7,633 nt of DNA. It comes from a virus (Duplodnaviria > Heunggongvirae > Uroviricota > Caudoviricetes). The stretch is taken from IMG/VR virus record IMGVR_UViG_2654587509_000013; one strand, written 5' to 3'. The position numbers were made by a program, and so were the translations under genes. Positions 1 to 4,772 of the stretch are shown here, piece after piece (the first letter of the stretch is position 1; every line of letters starts with the position of its first letter). Under the pieces are notes generated by a model, which made no database searches, had not been told where the DNA came from, and worked only from the letters and a program-made list of their open reading frames with translations.

Positions 1-282
1 CTGTAAGTTTCTAATAAGTGGATCAATCATAGCTAATAATCCTTTTCAATGAAGCTGGAGGTGTGTTTAACTATTAGTTAAATTTCTATTTTTATAGAAA
101 CAAGCTTTACAACTTCATCAAAGTTTCTCAAATCCTAATCCACTTTGCAAATCCACTAACCATGCTGAATGCTTTCTGTTGTTAAACATATCCGCTGCTG
201 GCACCAAGCAGACAAACACACTAACTCTACCCTACTCCACAAAAGAGCCAATCAATATCTGAACTAATAAACTTTAATCTCA

Positions 283-705
283 TCACTTCAATAAATATCG
301 AGCATTTCCCTGATAGAATGCTAGTATGCGCTGCATAACTTCACTCTTCCGGCACTCGCGACAGATTATGTTCTGACGCCTGTCGTAGCGACGTATTTCT
401 CCGTCAGGTAATGACCAGATAAGGTCCGGATCAACCGCAGATGGTTCCTTCAGCTTTGCCCTTGAGAGCTTTTTACGGGCATTTTGCCAGTCCTTACGCG
501 CCTGTTCAGACGGGAATAACCCGTAACCAGAGTTGTATACATCGCCGCTGGCAACCAGCTCTCTTGCGAGAACGCTCATCAGATATCTTGTCGCACCTGT
601 CTTGACTTCCAGTTGCCGTAACGTCTCACGACCGCTCTGGCGCACGAGTTCCACCACCTGCCCTTTAATTTTTTCCCGCTCTTCTTGTGTAAAAACTTTT
701 GCCAC
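283..705 (-). CDS. Phage early protein of unknown function (140 aa), last gene of the leftward replication operon
   Basis: Uninterrupted 141-codon frame. GTG start at 705 is preceded by a strong SD (AAGGGGGA, 3-nt spacer). Lies 40 bp downstream of the replication gene on the same strand. No motif I can name with confidence. Confidence 0.75.
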   Translation of the reverse strand: MAKVFTQEEREKIKGQVVELVRQSGRETLRQLEVKTGATRYLMSVLARELVASGDVYNSGYGLFPSEQARKDWQNARKKLSRAKLKEPSAVDPDLIWSLPDGEIRRYDRRQNIICRECRKSEVMQRILAFYQGNARYLLK

Positions 706-745
706 AAGTCCCCCTTAAAATTACCTCATGACCTGAAATCAAAAC

Positions 746-1711
746 TTATCCTCTGAAACCAGGCGGAATTTCTGTATCCGGTTCAGAAATATGATTAACA
801 CAACGCTGTACAGGTGAACGCCCCAGGCGGATGACCAGTTCGTCCCATTTTTCGCGGAGCTTTGACGGGCTCATGATGTTTTTTACCCAGAACGGATCCC
901 GCTGTACCCGACCAAACATTTCACAAATTTGTCTGTGGCTTCTGCCATCCAGCATCCGCATTGTGCGCACATCATTGGCCCAGACAGTCCAGTTAGGCTC
1001 TTTTGGTCGCATGATCTCGCCATCATCACTGGCGGCCTGTTCGTAGAGACCCACGATCCGCCCCCATATCCACTGCGCACACGCCAGATCCTCCTGGCTA
1101 CCCCACTGGCGTTTTTTCGCACTAAACACAACTGCGCCAGGGTGCCGGATTAAAAAATCCTGTTCAGCCGTCTGCGGGTCCGGTTGCGAAGCTTCCGGAC
1201 GAAAAGTGTTTTTATTCTCTGTAGTAATCTCTGTTGTATTCTCTGTAGGATCATCGGGCCATTTTGACCCGATGACATTGGGTCGTTTTGAACCAATGGA
1301 GCGTTTCATTTTGACCTCTTCCATCGTGTCATTTTGACCTGATGGAGCGGCGCATTTTGAACCGATGGATTCGCTCAATTTGCCATCATCTAAAAGCTCG
1401 CTCCCATAGTTAATCGTGTAGAAATTGGTCATATCGCGCTTTGATTTATTGAGCTTTTCACAACGCAAGAGCCCCAGCGTTTTCAGACTTGCAAACGCGC
1501 GCTTTAACGTTGACTCTGACCAGAATGGGAACTGTTCCAGCCATTGTTCCGTTGTGTTGTAAATCCAGCGAACACCATCACATTCCATGCCGGAATTGGT
1601 ATCTCTCAACCAGTAATGCAACTGCTGCAACACAATGGCTTCATTTAAGCCAATCTTCATCGCAAGCTGTGTGTTTATAACCAGTGGGCGTTCAGCAAAA
1701 AGAAGGCTCAT
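746..1711 (-). CDS. Phage replication initiation protein (lambda O functional analogue), 321 aa from the first ATG
   Basis: Long ORF at the O position downstream of the Cro-like and CII-position genes. The coding sequence contains a tandem iteron array plus an AT-rich tract, as lambda O contains ori. The ORF track opens at a TTG (1765); the first ATG is at 1711 with a weak GGA-type SD, so the start is uncertain (1711 or 1765). Confidence 0.8.
   Translation of the reverse strand: MSLLFAERPLVINTQLAMKIGLNEAIVLQQLHYWLRDTNSGMECDGVRWIYNTTEQWLEQFPFWSESTLKRAFASLKTLGLLRCEKLNKSKRDMTNFYTINYGSELLDDGKLSESIGSKCAAPSGQNDTMEEVKMKRSIGSKRPNVIGSKWPDDPTENTTEITTENKNTFRPEASQPDPQTAEQDFLIRHPGAVVFSAKKRQWGSQEDLACAQWIWGRIVGLYEQAASDDGEIMRPKEPNWTVWANDVRTMRMLDGRSHRQICEMFGRVQRDPFWVKNIMSPSKLREKWDELVIRLGRSPVQRCVNHISEPDTEIPPGFRG
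1260..1398. repeat. Iteron array, putative phage origin of replication embedded in the initiator gene
   Basis: Direct repeats with consensus CATTTTGA(C/A)CnGATGG start at 1260, 1284, 1307, 1330 and 1353, with a degenerate sixth copy near 1376. Spacing is 23-24 bp. An AT-rich tract at 1203-1250 lies just downstream in the coding direction and carries a 12-bp motif TATTCTCTGTAG at 1213-1224 and 1237-1248, with a degenerate copy between. Confidence 0.7.
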
Positions 1712-2213
1712 AATTCCATCCAGCTTTTTGTTGGTATTGCTGTCGATACGCAAGTTTGAAAGCAATTGCTTTTTCTATAAGTTCGTCAGTTTCACGATCC
1801 ACTACGGCAGGATCAGCAAAAAGCAGTCCGGACTCCACCACATCGCCATATTCTTTGTTTAACCCGGCGATCATGTACGTGATGCTTTTTCCGTCACTAA
1901 TTTCACGATACAACCTGAAATCATTAATCCGGATAGCCTCCATAATTGCAGGCACTAGCGCCGTGAACTTTTCACGCTTATCCCTGGTGTCGATAGCCTT
2001 CCAGCGTTCGAATATCTTCACTCGATTAACGCCAAGCGCTCGCTGATCAACCGCGCCACCTTCATCTGTGACACGCTGAACATCGATGTTCGGGCGCTCT
2101 TTCAAAGCCCAGAATGCTTCAGTGATTAATATCGTCGCCTGCTCCTGTGTCATTCCTGGTCGACATATCCAGGCATCCAGAGCCTCACGAGCCTGTTCAG
2201 GAGTGATTTTCAT
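1692..2213 (-). CDS. Early regulator at the CII position (173 aa), possibly YdaT-like
   Basis: ATG at 2213; its start overlaps the stop of the upstream Cro-like gene by 17 nt and its 3' end overlaps the start of the replication gene. Assignment to the YdaT/CII-like class is by synteny and memory only, not by a motif I can verify. Confidence 0.8.
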   Translation of the reverse strand: MKITPEQAREALDAWICRPGMTQEQATILITEAFWALKERPNIDVQRVTDEGGAVDQRALGVNRVKIFERWKAIDTRDKREKFTALVPAIMEAIRINDFRLYREISDGKSITYMIAGLNKEYGDVVESGLLFADPAVVDRETDELIEKAIAFKLAYRQQYQQKAGWNYEPSFC

Positions 2214-2424
2214 TGTTCAACCGCCCCGCCCGCTTCGTCTTACGATATTCGTCATAAACCTTGGGATCATACAGAAGCTCGCCGCCAGATGCCTCCTGTA
2301 GACGCATCGCGCGACCTTCAGGAACTAGCTCTTGCCATTGAGAAACAGCAGATGGGTCAACGCCAGCAGCTTTCGCTACTTTGGCTTTCGTACCGTAAAA
2401 ATTAATTACGTCTGATTTAAACAT
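2197..2424 (-). CDS. Cro-like HTH regulator (DicC/YdaS-type), 75 aa
   Basis: ATG at 2424 is preceded by a strong SD (GGAGGT). The ORF track start at 2451 is a TTG inside the operator region. Divergent from the repressor gene. Protein has an HTH-like GTKAKVAKAAGVDPSAVSQW segment and a C-terminus resembling what I recall of DicC. Confidence 0.85.
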   Translation of the reverse strand: MFKSDVINFYGTKAKVAKAAGVDPSAVSQWQELVPEGRAMRLQEASGGELLYDPKVYDEYRKTKRAGRLNNENHS

Positions 2425-2501
2425 CGCACCTCCAATATTGAGTTTTCTCAATGCTAATCACTCAAGGAATCTCAAGTCAAGGGTTATTAAGATATCTAAA
2501 T
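2425..2501. promoter_or_regulatory. Divergent promoter/operator region between Cro-like and repressor genes
   Basis: Perfect palindrome TTGAG-TTTT-CTCAA at 2438-2451, followed by direct CTCAAG(G) half-site copies at 2461, 2471 and 2477. Candidate leftward promoter on the minus strand: -35 TTGACT (complement of 2475-2480), 18-bp spacer, -10 TAGCAT (complement of 2451-2456). Confidence 0.6.
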
Positions 2502-2909
2502 ATGAACGAGAAAACTTTAGGTCAACGCATTAGAGAAAGACGTAAGCAGGTAGGCTTAAGTCAAAACGGTTTAAGCAAAGCTGCTGGCGTATCTGGCTCA
2601 TCAATTTCATTATGGGAAAGTGACCATACAGCCCCGCGCGGGCAAAATTTGCATCGCCTCGCCGAGGTATTGCAATGTTCACCAACCTGGATACTGTTTG
2701 GCGACGAGGACAAAACACCAGCTCCCCCTGTTTCACTCGATAGTACCCTAGACTTATCGGAAGATGAGTTAGAGATGCTGCGTTTGTATCGCGCACTTCC
2801 TAAATCAGAGCAACAAGCACAACTCAGCGAACTCCGCGCCCGCGTTGAGAATTTTAATCGCCTGTTCACCGAGCTATTAGAGGCTCGCAAACGCAACAAG
2901 CATCAATAA
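2502..2909 (+). CDS. dicA: DicA-like HTH (XRE-family) prophage repressor, 135 aa
   Basis: N-terminal HTH (LGQRIRERRKQVGLSQNGLSKAAGVSGSSISLWE) and the C-terminal motif VLQCSPTWILFGDEDK match what I recall of E. coli DicA (135 aa). Start taken at ATG 2502 (MNEKTLGQRIR) rather than the upstream in-frame ATG at 2451, which lies in the operator. No S24 peptidase domain, so this is not a LexA-like autocleaving repressor. Confidence 0.85.
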   Translation: MNEKTLGQRIRERRKQVGLSQNGLSKAAGVSGSSISLWESDHTAPRGQNLHRLAEVLQCSPTWILFGDEDKTPAPPVSLDSTLDLSEDELEMLRLYRALPKSEQQAQLSELRARVENFNRLFTELLEARKRNKHQ

Positions 2910-2966
2910 TCATCCCTTCACAAAATTTTAAAGCCTTACATTTCAATGTATTGGCTTTATCTTGCG

Positions 2967-3025
2967 CCAATACTTGAGTTTTCTCATCAAAAAACCTTGA
3001 CGAAAAATAATGAGAAAACTAAATT
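2967..3025 (+). promoter_or_regulatory. Second operator set and putative rightward promoter (OL/pL analogue)
   Basis: CCAATACTTGAGTTTTCTCA (2967-2986) repeats the operator at 2432-2450 with a 1-nt indel, sharing a 13-nt identical core. An inverted partner TGAGAAAACTA sits at 3011-3021. Between them: -35 TTGACG (2996-3001), 18-bp spacer, -10 TAAATT (3020-3025). Confidence 0.55.
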
Positions 3026-3101
3026 ACCTCCATCAACACACCGCACGGTGTTCTCCGCAAACAGTTCCGCTACCCCGGCGTTAAGGGGAAATGAGGTCAG
3101 C

Positions 3102-3254
3102 ATGGATACTATCGATCTTGGCAACAGCGAATCTCTGGTATGTGGCGTGTTCCCCAACCATGACGGTACGTTCACCGCGATGACATATACCAAAAGCAAA
3201 ACGTTTAAAACCGAATCTGGCGCGCGTTGCTGGTTAGCCAGAAACACTGACTGA
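3102..3254 (+). CDS. ydfA: YdfA-like small protein (DUF1391-type), 50 aa
   Basis: ATG 3102 with SD GAGG and a 5-nt spacer. MDTIDLGNSESLVCGVFPNHDGTFTAMTYTKSKTFKTESGARCWLARNTD resembles what I recall of E. coli YdfA/YdaF. Sits immediately downstream of the dicA-like gene, as ydfA does. The ORF track's longer 2946 start spans the operator region. Confidence 0.7.
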   Translation: MDTIDLGNSESLVCGVFPNHDGTFTAMTYTKSKTFKTESGARCWLARNTD

Positions 3255-3265
3255 TGAGGCTGACG

Positions 3266-3631
3266 ATGGAATTTAAAGATTTACCGTCTGATGTACAGAA
3301 AACAGCAGCTCATACATTGCATTCTGTGCTGCGAGAAATCGGGAAAGATATTGCAAGCGAGCCAGCAAAAGATCTGGCCCGGAAAATCAAGACCGCTTTC
3401 GTTGAGCTTTATAATGTTGGCACTGACTCTGAAACTGTCGAGACCAAGACCGTAAGTTCACCAATATTCTCACTTGAGCCAGGCGTATTATCAGGTGAAA
3501 TATGCACCGAGATTTCCAGCGAACTGCTTCCGGTAATACGAGAAGCAATTTGCCGTCGCGGTTTGGATGGAAGTTACGATCATGACGTCCTGCAAGTTCT
3601 CAGGACAATGGTGACTTCACTGGGGATTTGA
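3266..3631 (+). CDS. Hypothetical protein, 121 aa, co-transcribed with the repressor-side operon
   Basis: ATG 3266 with SD TGAGG and a 6-nt spacer. An alternative ATG at 3254 overlaps the ydfA-like stop (TGATG). Amino-acid composition is protein-like; no recognisable motif. Confidence 0.7.
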   Translation: MEFKDLPSDVQKTAAHTLHSVLREIGKDIASEPAKDLARKIKTAFVELYNVGTDSETVETKTVSSPIFSLEPGVLSGEICTEISSELLPVIREAICRRGLDGSYDHDVLQVLRTMVTSLGI

Positions 3632-3800
3632 TCCCTGCGTCCTCTAACCTTTTGATATAGCGGTCCTCCAAGAAGCGGTAAATTTTGTCGAAATCATCTT
3701 TCCCCTCTGGTTTATTCAGAGGATTACAGGACCCGTAAGTAGCGGCATACATTTCAACCGTTTTATCAAAAATATAAGAGACAAATTCTTCTTTAGTCAT
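3600..3800 (-). CDS. Hypothetical small protein, 66 aa, antisense AT-rich moron-like gene
   Basis: ATG at 3800 with a good SD (AAGGAA, 7-nt spacer). Visibly more AT-rich than its neighbours. The 3' end overlaps the 3' end of the 121-aa gene by 32 bp, convergently. Confidence 0.6.
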   Translation of the reverse strand: MTKEEFVSYIFDKTVEMYAATYGSCNPLNKPEGKDDFDKIYRFLEDRYIKRLEDAGIKSPVKSPLS

Positions 3801-3877
3801 ATAGATTTCCTTCTTGGTTATTCGGAATAAGAAGGATACCACCTCGCCTGACGTGGTTAAAAGCAGGCACACAACAC

Positions 3878-4050
3878 GAAAGCGCACGGCGAAGTTCGTC
3901 TCACTGTACGGTGTCGTTAAATTTAATTCGACCGTGCGCTTCCGGTTGTGGCAACCCGCGAAATGGCGCGGCGGTAAGTATGGCGGGGTTATTCCTTCCC
4001 CGTTGAGGACACCGAGTTGTCAGGTTGACCATACGCTTAAGTGACAACCC
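3878..4050. other. GC-rich structured spacer, candidate ncRNA or protein-binding element (strand unknown)
   Basis: A 13-bp stem with a 1-nt bulge (3881-3893 pairs with 3927-3940), a hairpin CGGGG/CCCCG (3984-3988 and 3998-4002), and a 7-bp stem GTTGTCA/TGACAAC (4016-4022 and 4042-4048). The only ORF here (3814-4044, basic and low-complexity) does not look coding. Confidence 0.3.
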
Positions 4051-4090
4051 CGCTGCAACGCCCTCTGTTATCAATTTTCTGGTGACGTTT

Positions 4091-4133
4091 GGCGGTATCA
4101 GTTTTACTCCGTGACTGCTCTGCCGCCGTTTTT
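4091..4133 (+). terminator. Possible intrinsic terminator (plus strand)
   Basis: GGCGG (4091-4095) pairs with CCGCC (4123-4127) around a long, partly self-paired loop, followed by a T5 run at 4129-4133. The loop is unusually large for a canonical terminator. Confidence 0.3.
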
Positions 4134-4302
4134 AAAGTGAATTTTGTGATGCGGTGAATGCGGCTAAGCGCACGCGGAACAGTTAAAACCAAAAACAGTG
4201 TTATGGGTGGATTCTCTGTATCCGGCGTTAATTGTTAACTGGTTAACGTCACCTGGAGGCACCAGGCACTGCATCACAAAATTCATTGTTGAGGACGCGA
4301 TA

Positions 4303-4491
4303 ATGAAAACGTTATTACCAAACGTTAATACGTCTGAAGGTTGTTTTGAAATTGGTGTCACTATCAGTAACCCTGTATTTACTGAAGATGCCATTAACAA
4401 GAGAAAACAAGAACGGGAGCTATTAAATAAAATATGCATTGTTTCAATGCTGGCTCGTTTACGTCTGATGCCAAAAGGATGTGCACAATGA
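4303..4491 (+). CDS. Hypothetical small protein, 62 aa
   Basis: ATG 4303 with SD GAGGA and a 7-nt spacer. Its stop overlaps the next start (ATGA at 4488-4491), implying translational coupling. Confidence 0.55.
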   Translation: MKTLLPNVNTSEGCFEIGVTISNPVFTEDAINKRKQERELLNKICIVSMLARLRLMPKGCAQ

Positions 4492-4679
4492 ATTCAGCAT
4501 TTGCGCTTGTTCTGACAGTTTTTCTTGTTTCCGGAGAGCCAGTTGATATTGCAGTCAGTGTTCACAGGACAATGCAGGAGTGTATGACTGCAGCAACCGA
4601 ACAGAAAATTCCCGGTAACTGTTACCCGGTCGATAAAGTTATTCACCAGGATAATATCGAAATCCCGGCAGGTCTTTAA
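4488..4679 (+). CDS. Hypothetical small exported or membrane protein, 63 aa
   Basis: ATG 4488 with an AAGGA SD. N-terminal hydrophobic segment MNSAFALVLTVFLVSG resembles a signal peptide or transmembrane helix; three Cys in the mature part. Confidence 0.6.
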   Translation: MNSAFALVLTVFLVSGEPVDIAVSVHRTMQECMTAATEQKIPGNCYPVDKVIHQDNIEIPAGL

Positions 4680-4772
4680 AACAGTTCCGTAATAAATATC
4701 CGGTTTCATTCTTATATGCCAGCAATGGCAGGGATTTGTTCATCCTTAAATCTGTCATGAGGTTAAAACAAA

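Noticed and set aside
1-30. Possible start of a minus-strand gene running off the left edge (ATG at complement of 28-30, AGGA 9 nt upstream)
   Set aside because: Only 10 codons are visible; not enough to call a feature.
676-684. Lambda-like nut site (boxA CGCTCTT)
   Set aside because: The only boxA-like string is inside the 140-aa coding region on the wrong strand, with no adjacent boxB hairpin.
533-2301. Track ORFs 533-718(+), 831-1046(+), 883-1131(-), 929-1153(+), 1489-1680(+), 1635-1862(+), 1756-2046(+), 2086-2301(+)
   Set aside because: All lie inside or antisense to the well-supported leftward genes, have no convincing SD, and show low-complexity or Cys/Ser/Arg-rich composition typical of shadow ORFs.
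2530-2899. Minus-strand ORFs 2530-2796 and 2561-2899 antisense to the repressor gene
   Set aside because: Shadow frames of the recognisable dicA-like CDS.
2946-3254. 102-aa ORF version of the ydfA-like gene starting at 2946, and antisense ORF 2987-3247
   Set aside because: The N-terminal 52 codons run through the operator/promoter repeats and lack an SD; the conserved-looking protein begins at the SD-preceded ATG 3102. The antisense frame is a shadow.
3814-4044. 76-aa plus-strand ORF inside the structured spacer
   Set aside because: Highly basic and low-complexity (R/K/T/S-rich), no SD, and coincides with GC-rich stem-loops; more likely non-coding.
3878-4050. tRNA or tmRNA gene in the structured spacer
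   Set aside because: No GTTCGA-type T-loop, and the stem lengths do not fit a cloverleaf.
3878-4253. Retron hypothesis (structured ncRNA flanked by inverted repeats)
   Set aside because: No reverse-transcriptase-like ORF (no YxDD-type motif) anywhere in the window; the structure is better described generically.
4164-4709. Minus-strand ORFs 4164-4439 and 4494-4709, and the longer track starts at 4198 and 4434
   Set aside because: Antisense to the coupled small genes with no SD. The longer plus-strand starts lack an SD, whereas the internal ATGs at 4303 and 4488 have one.
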